NCBI GenBank assembly: GCA_036012755.1 | Contig: DASCPX010000189.1 | Span: 68,374-132,373 of the forward strand | Source of the DNA: Myxococcota bacterium | GTDB taxonomy: Bacteria; Myxococcota_A; UBA796; CAJQPC01 | Reading direction: 5' to 3' | DNA: 64,000 bases | Shown here: in pieces, positions 53,721-63,859 of the stretch | Numbering within the stretch: the stretch's first letter is position 1 | Layout: each line of letters begins with the position of its first letter | Notes under the pieces: generated by a model | The model's database searches: none | Seen by the model: the letters and a program-made list of their open reading frames with translations, nothing else | Told to the model about the DNA's origin: nothing | Made by a program: the position numbers and the translations under genes

Positions 53721-54971
53721 TCAGGCCCAGTCGGCGTCCCGCTCGTACACGAGCACGGGCGGCTTGTTCCCTGTGACCACGTCGTCGCTGATCACGCACT
53801 CCTTGATGTTCGACTTCGAAGGGATGTCGTACATCACGTCGAGCATGATCTCCTCCATGATGGAGCGGAGACCGCGGGCACCGGTCTTGCGCTTGAGCGC
53901 CTCCTTGGCGATGGCGCGCAGGGCGTCCTCCGTGAACTTGAGCTCGACGCCCTCCATCTCGAAGAGCTTCTTGTACTGCTTCACCAGCGAGTTGCGCGGC
54001 TGGGTCAGGATGAGGACGAGCACGTCCTCGTCGAGTTCCTCCAGGGTCGCGAGCACCGGGACACGGCCGATGAACTCGGGGATCATGCCGAACTTCAAGA
54101 GGTCCTCTGTCTCGCACCTCTTGAGGAGTTCGCCCAGGCGGTGCTCCTTCTGCACCTTGACGTTGGCGCCGAAGCCGATGGCCGACTTGTTCACCCGACG
54201 CTCGATGATCTTGTCGAGGCCCACGAAGGCGCCACCGCAGACGAAGAGGATGTTGGTCGTGTCGATCTGCAGGAACTCCTGCTGGGGGTGCTTGCGCCCC
54301 CCCTTCGGCGGGACGTTCGCGACGGTGCCCTCGATCAGCTTCAGCAGGGCCTGCTGGACTCCCTCGCCCGAGACATCTCGCGTGATGGAGGGGTTCTCGG
54401 ACTTGCGGCTGACCTTGTCGATCTCATCGATGTAGATGATGCCCTTCGTCGTCCGCTCGACGTTGTACTCGGCGGACTGGAAGAGGCTCAAGATGACGTT
54501 CTCGACGTCCTCTCCGACGTAGCCGGCCTCTGTCAGGCTGGTCGCGTCGCAGATGGTGAAGGGCACGTTGAGGAAGCGAGCCAGCGTCTGGGCCAGCAGG
54601 GTCTTTCCCGTGCCGGTCGGGCCGATCAGCAGGATGTTGCTCTTCTGGAGCTCGACCTCGTCGTGGCTGCCGCGGGCGTCGATGCGCTTGTAGTGGTTGT
54701 GCACGGCGACCGCGAGGATCTTCTTCGCCCGGTCCTGACCGATGATGTACTGGTCGAGGTGGGCCTTGATGTCCTTTGGCTTGGGCACCAGGGCGCGAGA
54801 CGCGTAGTAGTCCTCGCGCTCGTACTCCTCTGTGATGATCTCGTTGCACAGCTCGACGCACTCGTCGCAGATGTAGACCGAGGGACCGGCGATGAGCTTG
54901 CGGACCTCTTTCTGGGACTTGCCGCAGAATGAGCAGCAGAGCTCCTTGCCATCTGAACCACGCCGACGCAT
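53721..54971 (-). CDS. clpX: ClpX ATPase
   Basis: CSFCGK zinc finger, [26 protein letters not shown]. Confidence 0.98.
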   Translation of the reverse strand: MRRRGSDGKELCCSFCGKSQKEVRKLIAGPSVYICDECVELCNEIITEEYEREDYYASRALVPKPKDIKAHLDQYIIGQDRAKKILAVAVHNHYKRIDARGSHDEVELQKSNILLIGPTGTGKTLLAQTLARFLNVPFTICDATSLTEAGYVGEDVENVILSLFQSAEYNVERTTKGIIYIDEIDKVSRKSENPSITRDVSGEGVQQALLKLIEGTVANVPPKGGRKHPQQEFLQIDTTNILFVCGGAFVGLDKIIERRVNKSAIGFGANVKVQKEHRLGELLKRCETEDLLKFGMIPEFIGRVPVLATLEELDEDVLVLILTQPRNSLVKQYKKLFEMEGVELKFTEDALRAIAKEALKRKTGARGLRSIMEEIMLDVMYDIPSKSNIKECVISDDVVTGNKPPVLVYERDADWA

Positions 54972-55039
54972 CGACTTCTCCTACCGTCTTCGACAACGGT
55001 CGCACGAGGCGACCTCTTGAGTCGATCGACCCACGCCGA

Positions 55040-55612
55040 TCAACCTTCGGTCTCCTGCGCGTCCTTGTCGAGGACATCATCGACGATGCCGTAGTCCTTT
55101 GCGTCGTGGGCGCCGAGGAAGAAGTCACGGTCGCTGTCGGCCTTGACCTTGTCGAAGTCCTGGCCCGTGTGGTGGGCGAGGATCTCGTTGAGGACCCGCT
55201 TCCAGCGGAGGATCTCCTTCGCCGTGATCTCGATGTCCGATGCCTGGCCGCGAGCGCCGCCGAGGGGCTGGTGGATCATCACCCGTGCGTTGGGCAGGAT
55301 CCGGCGCTTGCCCGGGGTGCCAGCCGCCAGCAGCACCGCGGCCATGGACGCCGCCTGGCCGATGCAGATGGTCGAGACGTTCGCGCGGATGAACTGCATC
55401 GTGTCGTAGATGGCCATCCCCGCGGTGACGGCGCCGCCCGGGCTGTTGATGTAGAGGAAGATGTCCTTCTCCGGGTCCTGGCTCTCCATGTAGAGCAGGT
55501 GCGCGACGACGGTGTTCGCGACCGCGTCGTCGATGGCCGTGCCGAGGAAGATGATGCGGTCGTCGTAGAGGCGCTCCCAGATGCTGCGGGGGCGGTCGAA
55601 GTCGTAGGCCAT
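55040..55612 (-). CDS. clpP: ClpP protease subunit
   Basis: YINSPGG, GQAASM, MIHQP, DRDFF; ATG 55612. Confidence 0.96.
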   Translation of the reverse strand: MAYDFDRPRSIWERLYDDRIIFLGTAIDDAVANTVVAHLLYMESQDPEKDIFLYINSPGGAVTAGMAIYDTMQFIRANVSTICIGQAASMAAVLLAAGTPGKRRILPNARVMIHQPLGGARGQASDIEITAKEILRWKRVLNEILAHHTGQDFDKVKADSDRDFFLGAHDAKDYGIVDDVLDKDAQETEG

Positions 55613-55672
55613 GAGGCGGAGGGGCTCCGGAGCTGAGGTGCTGAAAAGGGCTAACACCCGTGATCGAAAAGA

Positions 55673-55705
55673 AAAGGGCGCCGACACAACCTGTCGGCGC
55701 CCTTT
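55673..55705 (-). terminator. Intrinsic terminator after tig
   Basis: AAAGGGCGCCGACA-CAACC-TGTCGGCGCCCTTT; T-rich tract follows on the minus strand. Confidence 0.85.
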
Positions 55706-55731
55706 GTATCGGCTGAAGCCGGAGTTCTGTT

Positions 55732-57210
55732 TCAGCCTTGGAGCAATTCGACCAGCTCTGCCTTCTTCAGCTTGCTGTAGCCCTTGAGACCACGCTCCTT
55801 CGCGAGGGCCTTGAGCGCCGCCGCGGACATGGCGCCGTAGTCCGGAGCCTCGTCGCTGACGCTGGTCTCTGCGGCCGCCACGGGCTCGGTCGCCACGGGC
55901 TCGGTCGCCACGGGCTCGGCCGCCACGGGCTCGGCCGCCACGGGCGGGGTGTCGACGAGCTCGGAGTGCTCCAGCAGCCAGTCCAGCGTCTTCTCCTCGG
56001 CGAGGCGCTCGCGGAGATCCTCCACCGCGTTCTCCTTGAGGAAGTAGCCCTTGATGGCCTCGACCCGCTGGCCGCGGAGGTTGGCGATCTCCTCGTACTT
56101 GAACTCGAGGTCCGCGTCGGTCACCTCGATGCCCTCCACCGTGCTGACGTGGTCGAGGATCAGGCTCGACCTGGCAGCGAAGCGTGCCCGGCTCCGGTAG
56201 TCGGCCATCTCGGCGTCGGTGAACTGGATGCTCTTGGGATCCTCGCCCCGGTAGGCACGCTGGACCTTGATCTCCTGGAGCAGGGCTTTGAGCTGCTGCT
56301 CGACGAGCCCAGCCGGTGCGTCGAAGTCGTTGGCGTCGATCAGCGCCTGCAGCAGGTTCGCCCGGGCCTGGTTCTTCGCGTTGTCGTCGATCCGGCTCTG
56401 CAGCTGCATGCGGATGGCCTCTCGCATGCCCACAGCGCCGCCCTCGAAGCCCATCTCCTCTGCCAGCTCGTCGGTGAGCTCCGGGGTCGTGTAGGCGTTG
56501 ATGGCGCCGATCTTGACCTTCACGTCGAGGGTCTTGCCGGCGAGCTCCTCGAGGATGCAGTCGTCGGCAAAGGTGATGCCCTTCAGGGTCTTGGCGCGGC
56601 CGCCCTTCTTCAGACCCACCAGGCTCTCTTCGAGGCCCTTGTAGGTGCTGTCGCCAGCGGTGTTGATCATCGCGCCGGGGTGGGCGTGCACGGCTTCCTT
56701 GCCGTCCTTGGCCTCCAGCTCCACGAGGACGAGGTCGCCGGCTTCGACCTCTGCCCGGTCGACCTCCGCGAGCACCTTCTGGCCCTGGAGCTTGGAGTCG
56801 ACGTTGGCATCCACGACCTCGTCCGAGACCGTGCTGGAGGGGTAGTAGACCTCCACACCCTTGTACTGGGTGAGCTCCAGCTCCGGCTTCACCTCGATGG
56901 TGATGGAGAACTCGAAGTCGTGGCCGCGGCGGAGGTCTCCCTTGTCGACGGTGGGCTGGCCGAAGAACTCGAGGTCCTTTGCGCCGTCCCGGAAGCTCTG
57001 GTTGATGAGGGTGGCTGCGACCTCCTGCTCGATGCTCTTGCCGAAGCGCTGCTCGAGCACCCGACGGGGGGCCTTGCCCGGACGGAAGCCGCGGAGACGG
57101 ACGCTCTTCGCGAGGTTGCGGTAGGCCTTGTCCAGCTCGCTGGTGACCATGTTTGCGGGGACGGTGAAGCTGAGGCGCTTCTGGATCGGGCTGACGGTTT
57201 CGACGTCCAT
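55732..57210 (-). CDS. tig: Trigger factor with C-terminal Rho-N-like extension
   Basis: [12 protein letters not shown] and C domains; tail [30 protein letters not shown]. Confidence 0.93.
   Translation of the reverse strand: MDVETVSPIQKRLSFTVPANMVTSELDKAYRNLAKSVRLRGFRPGKAPRRVLEQRFGKSIEQEVAATLINQSFRDGAKDLEFFGQPTVDKGDLRRGHDFEFSITIEVKPELELTQYKGVEVYYPSSTVSDEVVDANVDSKLQGQKVLAEVDRAEVEAGDLVLVELEAKDGKEAVHAHPGAMINTAGDSTYKGLEESLVGLKKGGRAKTLKGITFADDCILEELAGKTLDVKVKIGAINAYTTPELTDELAEEMGFEGGAVGMREAIRMQLQSRIDDNAKNQARANLLQALIDANDFDAPAGLVEQQLKALLQEIKVQRAYRGEDPKSIQFTDAEMADYRSRARFAARSSLILDHVSTVEGIEVTDADLEFKYEEIANLRGQRVEAIKGYFLKENAVEDLRERLAEEKTLDWLLEHSELVDTPPVAAEPVAAEPVATEPVATEPVAAAETSVSDEAPDYGAMSAAALKALAKERGLKGYSKLKKAELVELLQG
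55876..55945 (-). repeat. 15-bp tandem repeat x4.7 (PVA[AT]E linker)
   Basis: cgccacgggctcgg(t/c) on the plus strand. Confidence 0.92.
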
Positions 57211-57237
57211 TCTTTCCTCGAGGCCGCGTTTGAGATG

Positions 57238-57319
57238 TGCGAGAAGGGGGGCTCGAACCCCCACGGGTTGCCCCACTGGCTCCTAAGGCCAGCGCGTCTA
57301 CCAATTCCGCCATTCTCGC
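57238..57319 (-). tRNA. tRNA-Leu(TAG), CCA not encoded
   Basis: GCGAGAATGGCGGAATTGGTAGACGCGCTGGCCTTAGGAGCCAG, long variable arm. Confidence 0.95.
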
Positions 57320-57354
57320 GAAAGGAGGTGTTGGGGACCGGGCCTTCTAACCAG

Positions 57355-58380
57355 TCAGCGCGAGCTGAGCTTGCCGACGGCTTTTCCGCGGTCGTAGCCC
57401 TTCTTCTCCGCCTTCTTCTTCTCTTCCTCGACGCGCTTCTTCGCCCCCCGCTGCCAGCCGATGGTGAGGCCGTCGACCCGGGCTTGCCGGAGCGTCGGCT
57501 CCCCCTTCGTCGCGGCCTCGATCAGCGCGTTCACGTTGATCTTCAAGGCGTGGCCTGACTCCGCGGCGCTGTCCCGCGCCTCTCTGTAGGCCTCGAGCAA
57601 GGGCACCAGGCCCTCTGCCTCGAGCTCGATCTGTGCCTTGTCGGCGCAGGCGTGGCAGGTCTTGGCCGACTCGTAGCTGCGCTGGCGGATCATCGTCGCG
57701 GTGACCGCCGAGCGACCGAAGTGGTCGTTGCAGAAGCCGCCCTCGCAGCCGGGGCACATGTTCTGGCTGGCGAAGATGCCGCGGAGCGACTTGCCGCAGC
57801 CGGGGTGGAGGCAGTTCTCGGACGCCTTGCGCTGGTCCGGGCTGAACTCCGGCGGCGTGGTGGCGTCCCACTCCCGGGCCGAGATCCAGAAGCGCGCCTT
57901 GTTCAGCAGCTCCTCCCACAGGGGGGCGTCGGCGAATCGGATCGACAGGCTCTCGTCGCCGCCGGTGATGCGCGTGTCCTCGCCCCGGGCCGGGTCACTG
58001 CAGGTCTTGGTCGGGACGAAGGTCCTCGACGAGCGGACTCGGAGGACATCGCCCTCGACCACGACTTCGGAGAGTGCGTCGAGAGGGAGGATGCCCATGA
58101 TCGCGACGTCCTCTGAGTCCTTCAGTCCAACGGCGACCAGGTAGCAGCGGGTCAGGGCCAGGAAGCCGTCGCCGTCCATGAACATCATCTTCTTGTCGTT
58201 GAAGATGACCAGGGGATCCGCGAGGTCCGACTGGAGCATGCGGAGTTCCGAGAGCGCCTGGCTCGTCAGGTTCCGGACGCGCTTCTGCCAGGCGTCGTCA
58301 GCGAAGGAGAAGAAGGTGCGGTCGGCGGTGTCGCGGGTTGCCTTGTCGAAGGCTTCGCGGATGAGCTTTTCAGGGTCCAC
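57355..58380 (-). CDS. Hypothetical protein with PH-like region and FYVE-like zinc finger
   Basis: GTG 58380 after GGAG; CLHPGC..CPGCEGGFCNDH..CHAC. Confidence 0.7.
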   Translation of the reverse strand: MDPEKLIREAFDKATRDTADRTFFSFADDAWQKRVRNLTSQALSELRMLQSDLADPLVIFNDKKMMFMDGDGFLALTRCYLVAVGLKDSEDVAIMGILPLDALSEVVVEGDVLRVRSSRTFVPTKTCSDPARGEDTRITGGDESLSIRFADAPLWEELLNKARFWISAREWDATTPPEFSPDQRKASENCLHPGCGKSLRGIFASQNMCPGCEGGFCNDHFGRSAVTATMIRQRSYESAKTCHACADKAQIELEAEGLVPLLEAYREARDSAAESGHALKINVNALIEAATKGEPTLRQARVDGLTIGWQRGAKKRVEEEKKKAEKKGYDRGKAVGKLSSR

Positions 58381-58403
58381 AGGCGGCTCCAGGGAGTCTG
58401 GGA

Positions 58404-60338
58404 CTATAGACCGTGGAGCCCCACGAGGTGGTCCTCGCGATCGGTCAGCCACTGGCGCAGGTAGTCCTTTTCTTCCTCGTAGGAGGTCCAGTCGCTCCGG
58501 TAGGCGCCCCACCAGTGGCTCTTGTGGGCGCTCTCCCACTTAATCCAGTCCCTCTCTGCGCTGGGATCGACCAGCTCCCAGTAGGACTCGACCGTGGACA
58601 GCTGCGCCTCGAGGCTCAGTGGACCTTCGCGCAGCTGGACCCAGCGCTCGAGGAGATCGTCGGGGCGTGACTGTTGGATTGCCCAGAACACCCGGTTGGT
58701 CGAGGTGTAGGCGTTTTCATTCTGGGCGCTGACCCGGGCCGTGTACCAGTTCTGGCCCCAGCTGTGGTTGAAGTCCCAGGGGACGTAGCGGAAGGTCCAG
58801 TCGGCGGGGTCGTTGTAGAGGTAGCTGTTCTTTCCGGCGCTGTCCTCGGAGACCGAGACGTAGACGAGCAGGAACCAGTCCATGAACTCCTCGACGTCGA
58901 TCCAGCCCTCGGCCTCCGCCATCATCGTGTCGGCGTCGGAGTCTCCGGTGAAGGCGACGAGCTGGCGCAGGTCGTCGAACGCGCTGGGGCCCTCCTTCTG
59001 CTCGTAGCCGGCTGCGAGATCGGACTTGTTGCCCCCGTAGGCGCTCACGCGGCTGAAGTTCGCGTCGTGGCTGATGGCCTTGTAGAGGTTGCCGTCCCGG
59101 TCGAGCCCGGCGTGGTCCACGAACTCGTCGTCGACCTTGTCGAGGCCCACGTAGAGGCCGTGGTACTCGCCCTCGAGGTAGACCACGGCGAAGAAGGTGC
59201 GCGGCGTGAGGCGATGCACGCCCTGGTGTTCGGCCATCGCCAACCAGGTGTCGTAGATGAACTTCTGGCGGACATAGGCGTTGTCGTCGAAGGTCGACAG
59301 CAGCACGAGGTGGTTCCGGCTCTTCTCCCAGCCCTCGAGCTGGAACTCCTCGTCGGGGAACTCGAGGGTGTAGCTGGGCTTCGCGAAGCTGGCGCTGGTG
59401 GCGCCGCGGATCTTGACCTGGTGCTCCCAGAGGGCGCCCATGTAGGTGAGCGTCGCGTCCTGGTAGCTCTGCGTGATGGCGGTGCCGACGTCGAGGTGGA
59501 AGACCGGCAGGCCCCACTCCTCCGTGTACGTGAGCGGGTCGACACCGACGCCGAGGTCGGGGTCGTCTGCAACCCAGATGCGGAAGGCCGTGCCCTCGGG
59601 GATGCGTTCGCTGCTCACGTTGGCGCTGAAGACGAGGTCGTAGACCCCGCCGTCCGCCGCGCCCGTGGTCCAGCTCAGCGTGCCGTCGTAGTCGGCCTCG
59701 TCAGGTGCCGCGACGAGCTCGATGGCGGCTGTGGTCTCGCTGCAGATGGGCGTCAACGAAACAGTGTCGCCCTCCAGCAGGTTCGCCTCGTACTCCGCCT
59801 CGAGCCAACACTCACCGCTGACCCCTGTCGGCTCGGGGAGATCGACCTCGGGGTTCGGCTCTCCAGGGGTCGCCTCCGTCGAGAGGTACCAGCCTGCTGC
59901 TGACCGCACCGCCGCGACGTCGGTCACCTGGCGAGGCCACTCCAGCTCTTCGACGAGGCTCCCGTCGGGGTTGATCAGAGCAAGCGAGCCGCCCTCGACC
60001 GCCAGCTCCAGGGCGAGGTGGTCTGGTCCGAGGCTGGGGTCGCCGTCGGCCCAGAGGACCAGGTGGTCGCCGGCCGCGACGACGAGGTCTTCGAGGACGT
60101 GGAGCTCGTCGCCGCTGTGGACGGACCAGTCATCGAGGAGGACCGGGTCGTCCCCCGGGTTGTGGAGCTCCACCCAGTCGGAGGCCTTGTCTCCTGCGTG
60201 GGTCCAGCTCTCGGAGCTGGCCATGAGCTCGGTGATGACGAGGTCGCCGTAGTCACCCGAGATCTCCTCGACGCCCTCCGAGTCGGACACTGGCGTCGGG
60301 GCCGGGTCCGCGGTGCAACTGAGGGCAAGCCAGATCAC
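58404..60338 (-). CDS. CotH-family kinase lipoprotein with lamin-tail domain
   Basis: VITELMA..DWVELHN; KIRGATS..KPSY, GNLYK, KNSYLY, PWDFNHSWG. Confidence 0.9.
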   Translation of the reverse strand: MIWLALSCTADPAPTPVSDSEGVEEISGDYGDLVITELMASSESWTHAGDKASDWVELHNPGDDPVLLDDWSVHSGDELHVLEDLVVAAGDHLVLWADGDPSLGPDHLALELAVEGGSLALINPDGSLVEELEWPRQVTDVAAVRSAAGWYLSTEATPGEPNPEVDLPEPTGVSGECWLEAEYEANLLEGDTVSLTPICSETTAAIELVAAPDEADYDGTLSWTTGAADGGVYDLVFSANVSSERIPEGTAFRIWVADDPDLGVGVDPLTYTEEWGLPVFHLDVGTAITQSYQDATLTYMGALWEHQVKIRGATSASFAKPSYTLEFPDEEFQLEGWEKSRNHLVLLSTFDDNAYVRQKFIYDTWLAMAEHQGVHRLTPRTFFAVVYLEGEYHGLYVGLDKVDDEFVDHAGLDRDGNLYKAISHDANFSRVSAYGGNKSDLAAGYEQKEGPSAFDDLRQLVAFTGDSDADTMMAEAEGWIDVEEFMDWFLLVYVSVSEDSAGKNSYLYNDPADWTFRYVPWDFNHSWGQNWYTARVSAQNENAYTSTNRVFWAIQQSRPDDLLERWVQLREGPLSLEAQLSTVESYWELVDPSAERDWIKWESAHKSHWWGAYRSDWTSYEEEKDYLRQWLTDREDHLVGLHGL

Positions 60339-60344
60339 GGTTGG

Positions 60345-60354
60345 ATGATAGCGT
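60345..60354. promoter_or_regulatory. Overlapping divergent -10 boxes (TATCAT minus, TAGCGT plus), each 6 nt from a GTG
   Basis: 22-nt gap ggttggatgatagcgtcgcgag between the two starts. Confidence 0.6.
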
Positions 60355-60360
60355 CGCGAG

Positions 60361-61329
60361 GTGCTGTTCATCCTCCTGGCCTGTGACCCCGTCGCGGTCC
60401 CGGACGTGCAGCACGAGTCGGCCCTGCCGGAGAGCACCTCTCCCGACGACAGCGTGGCACCCGGACCTGTCGTCTACGTCAACGAGCTCTCCTCCGGAGA
60501 CGACTGGGTCGAGCTCTACAGCGAGGAGGCGTCTGTCTCGCTGGAGGGTCTCACGCTCAGCGACGACTACCTCGAGCCGGACCGGCAGACGCTCTCGGGC
60601 ACCCTGGAGGGCTACCTCGTCGTCGATCTGGTCGTGTTCAGGCTGGCCTCGGAGGGCGAGGCGGTCGGCATCTTCGACGGCTCGGAGCCCCTGGACTGGG
60701 TCGTGTTCCCGGCGCTGCAGGCGGACGAGGTCTACGCTCGGCTGCCCGACGGGGGAGAAGACTGGACGACGATGGTCCGCGGCACCCCCGGCGAGTCGAA
60801 CCGATTGGTTGAGATCGAGGAGATCGCTGCGGTGCCCGCGGGGTCCGAGTGGTCCTACCTGGATGGCGGCGAGGACCCCGAGGAGGGCTGGGATCTGCCT
60901 GGTTTCGACGCAGAGAGCTGGAGCTCCGGGCCGGCTCCCCTCGGCTACGGGGACTCCCAGACCACGGTCGTGAGCTATGGCGACGACGCCAACGACAAGC
61001 ACCCGACCACCTGGTTCCGTCACTCCTTCGAGCACACGGGCTCGGCGATCTCGGCCCAGCTGGGGCTCGTCTGTGACGACGGCTGCCTCGTGCGGCTCAA
61101 CGGTGAGGAGGTCCTTCGGTGGGGTCTCCCGGATGGCGATCTGAGCTCGGACACCTACGCCGACGTCACCGCCAGTGGGTCCGCCGAGACCGAGTGGCAC
61201 ACGCGAACCGTCGACCCGACCCTGTTGCTCGAGGGAGAGAACGTGCTCTCTGGAGAGGTCCACCAGGTCCAGGCGAGCAGCTCGGACATCACCTTCGACG
61301 CGTCCTTGGACCTGGTCGTGGAGCGCTGA
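60361..61329 (+). CDS. Lamin-tail domain lipoprotein with C-terminal jelly-roll domain
   Basis: VYVNEL..DWVELY, ARLPDG; WSYLD, APLGYGD, TTWFRHSF, DDGCLVRLNG, GENVL..EVHQ. Confidence 0.85.
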   Translation: MLFILLACDPVAVPDVQHESALPESTSPDDSVAPGPVVYVNELSSGDDWVELYSEEASVSLEGLTLSDDYLEPDRQTLSGTLEGYLVVDLVVFRLASEGEAVGIFDGSEPLDWVVFPALQADEVYARLPDGGEDWTTMVRGTPGESNRLVEIEEIAAVPAGSEWSYLDGGEDPEEGWDLPGFDAESWSSGPAPLGYGDSQTTVVSYGDDANDKHPTTWFRHSFEHTGSAISAQLGLVCDDGCLVRLNGEEVLRWGLPDGDLSSDTYADVTASGSAETEWHTRTVDPTLLLEGENVLSGEVHQVQASSSDITFDASLDLVVER

Positions 61330-61332
61330 GGG

Positions 61333-62535
61333 CTAGGCGGCCCGAGTGACCCAGACCTTCAGGAAGTGGCCCCACTTCAGGCTCGACTGCCCCTGGGGCT
61401 CGAGCTCCAGCAGCCCCTCCTGGTCTCGAAGGGTGAGGCGGTTTTCCATCTCGACGCTGACGGCCCTGAGCTCCGAGAGCTGGTGCCGCCACACGACCTC
61501 ACCCTCGACCCGGATCCGCAGCTCTGCGGCGTCGAGCTCGACCTCGCCCGCGTGGAGCCGCTCGGAGCCCCCGCCCCGCGCGAGGCGGTGCAGCGCGCCG
61601 GGCCCGCGGAGCACGATCTTGTCCTCTTCGTGACGCGCCGGGTCCATGATCGGTGGGCTTCCGACGTGCTCGATGATGCGGTCGTGGGCCTCGTGGACCC
61701 GCAACGGGTGCTCGCCGTGCATGCGGTTTTCGATGTCGAGGCGCCAATGAGCGCCGCAGGCGGCGCAGCGCACGCAGTCCCGGTCCTCTGAGGTGACCGC
61801 GAGGCCCTCTGGCTCGAAGCACTGCGGGCAGGCCCAAAGGTAGTCGGGCAGGCCCTCGGCGAGGCGAAAGCCCCAGCAGAAGCCATCGGTCTTCGCGTCG
61901 TCGAGGTCGATGCGGATCGCCTCCGAGATCTCCCGGTTGATGTCCTCGACCGTCGCGTCCTCGCCCCAGGTGCGGGGCTCGTCGTAGCTGACCCTGATGG
62001 GAATCCAGCGTGGATAGCGTGCCCAGCGCGGCTGGTAGAGGTGGCCGTTGCCGACACGGGCGCAGACCACGCGGGCGTCGAGCCTCTTGACGAGGCGGCC
62101 CAGGCCGGGGAGCACCGGCTGGGTGCGACCGTCGAAGGTCCGGGTGCCCTCTGGGAAGAGGACGATGACGTCGCCGGCCGCGTAGCGCTCCGCGAGGGTG
62201 CTCATCGAGGCGCGGTCGCTCACGAACTTGGCCTTCGGGAAGCAGCCGCACAGTGGCAGGAGCGAGCCGAGCACGGGGACGCGGAAGAGCGCCACGCTCG
62301 CCATGAAGCTGGCGCGGCGACGGATCCAGAAGGCGATCCAGAGCGGATCCGCGGCGGAGGTGTGGTTCGACACGAGCAGCGTCGGGCCGTCCCGCGGGAC
62401 CCTCCGCGCGTCTCCGCGTCGCCAGCGGAACATCAGGGTCCACGGGGTGGCCATCAGGGCCCACGCGAACCAGTAGAAGACCTGCTGGAAGGGAGAGCCG
62501 AGCGGAAACGGCGGGTTGTAGGGGTCTCGGGCCAC
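61333..62535 (-). CDS. Lysophospholipid acyltransferase (PlsC family) with Cys-pair C-terminal extension
   Basis: NHTSAAD, FPEGTR; CPQC..CAAC. Confidence 0.9.
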   Translation of the reverse strand: MARDPYNPPFPLGSPFQQVFYWFAWALMATPWTLMFRWRRGDARRVPRDGPTLLVSNHTSAADPLWIAFWIRRRASFMASVALFRVPVLGSLLPLCGCFPKAKFVSDRASMSTLAERYAAGDVIVLFPEGTRTFDGRTQPVLPGLGRLVKRLDARVVCARVGNGHLYQPRWARYPRWIPIRVSYDEPRTWGEDATVEDINREISEAIRIDLDDAKTDGFCWGFRLAEGLPDYLWACPQCFEPEGLAVTSEDRDCVRCAACGAHWRLDIENRMHGEHPLRVHEAHDRIIEHVGSPPIMDPARHEEDKIVLRGPGALHRLARGGGSERLHAGEVELDAAELRIRVEGEVVWRHQLSELRAVSVEMENRLTLRDQEGLLELEPQGQSSLKWGHFLKVWVTRAA

Positions 62536-62541
62536 TGCTTC

Positions 62542-63489
62542 CTAGGGGTGTGCCAGGTGCTCTCGGACGGCCTCGCCGATCGCTTTCGTGACCAGGACCC
62601 GGCCCTGGCTGTTGAGGTGCACGTCGTCCTCGAAGTGGCCGGCGGACAGACCATCGACGGCGCCGACGTTCAGGTAGATGGCGCCTGTCTCGTCGAAGAG
62701 GGCGCGCATCTCCTTGCTCTCTGGTGGCGAGCCCTTGCCGACATGGGAGCGCTCCGGCAGCGGCGTGAGCACGACCGGGATCCCGCGGTCTCGGGCCAGC
62801 TCCAGGAAGGCCGCGAGGTAGCGCAGATCCGTGTCCGAGTCCCCAGCCTGGCGGCCGCCTGCGCCTCCGCCGGTCTGGTTGGGAGGGGGCTCCTTGCCGA
62901 CCCCCTCGGGCATCACGGCCCCGGGGGAGAGCACGTAGCCGGGGATCGGGGGCTTGCTGCCGATGCCCTGCCAGAACCGGTTCGCGAGGTAGCCCCGGTA
63001 GCGGTAGGCCCTCGAGCTCTTGCGCGCCCACATCTCGGTCTCGCACTCGGGGTCCTTGCATGCCCAGTCGATGAGCTGGGGGATGTCGTCCCAGGCGGCG
63101 ATCTCCATCACCTGCGACTCGTAGGGTGCCATCAGCTTCGTCAGGTCCCGCTTGCCGTAGGGCACGACGATGGCCTGGACGTTGCTGTCCTCGGGGATGT
63201 GGTTCTTGAGCACCAGGTACATCAGCCGCGAGGTCCCCGCGGGGGTCGCCAGGTTGTAGGAGGTCATGCCCAGCTCCTGCTCGAGCAGGTATAGCTGGAG
63301 GATCTGCTCCGGCAAGCAGGTGCCGAAGATGACCACCTCGGGCTCGGTGTGGGGGAGGCTGTTGTACTCGATGCTCTTGTCGAGCATCGGCGTCGGCGCC
63401 TCGTAGAGCTGGCTGACGCCGAGTTCGAGCGCGACCCCGGTGGCGAGCACCAGGCCCAAGGTGACGAGGACGGGCAGGGGTTTGCTCAC
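62542..63489 (-). CDS. SGNH-like membrane-anchored protein (MBOAT partner type)
   Basis: N-terminal TM; VIFGTC, YNLATPAG, FEDDVHLN; TACCAT 6 nt before GTG 63489. Confidence 0.7.
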   Translation of the reverse strand: MSKPLPVLVTLGLVLATGVALELGVSQLYEAPTPMLDKSIEYNSLPHTEPEVVIFGTCLPEQILQLYLLEQELGMTSYNLATPAGTSRLMYLVLKNHIPEDSNVQAIVVPYGKRDLTKLMAPYESQVMEIAAWDDIPQLIDWACKDPECETEMWARKSSRAYRYRGYLANRFWQGIGSKPPIPGYVLSPGAVMPEGVGKEPPPNQTGGGAGGRQAGDSDTDLRYLAAFLELARDRGIPVVLTPLPERSHVGKGSPPESKEMRALFDETGAIYLNVGAVDGLSAGHFEDDVHLNSQGRVLVTKAIGEAVREHLAHP

Positions 63490-63551
63490 GGGGAGATGGT
63501 ACCGGGTGATGCCCGCCTCGCGTGCTGCGGAGGAGCAAGACGGGAACGAGA

Positions 63552-63584
63552 ATCGACCATCGACCATCGACCATCGACCATCGA
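63552..63584 (+). repeat. Heptamer tandem repeat (ATCGACC)4.7
   Basis: atcgaccatcgaccatcgaccatcgaccatcga. Confidence 0.95.
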
Positions 63585-63859
63585 TCCCCGACTTCCTTGA
63601 TGTTCCAAAGTCGGCACTTCCTTGTCGATCGTCACAAAGTGTGGCGGATGGGACGGACAAGACAGGCTTCTCGGGCCGAAACGCCACGGTTCGTGGCGCT
63701 TCCCGTTCAGAAGGCTCAGCGGGAGAGGCCGGGATCAACGTGCACCAGGCTCCTAGTAGTTCCACTCCTGGTCTTCATCGACCAGGAACAACACGACCTC
63801 GTCATCGGCGGTGGAGCTCAGCTCCAAGCGTCGACCGTCCGTTGCCCTTGTGGGTCGGC

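Noticed and set aside
55613..57313. 757-aa ORF extending clpP upstream
   Set aside because: Runs through a terminator, an alternative frame of tig and tRNA-Leu; clpP starts at 55612
63490..63765. N-terminal extension of the 62542 ORF
   Set aside because: Crosses the heptamer repeat and looks non-coding; GTG 63489 directly precedes the TM helix
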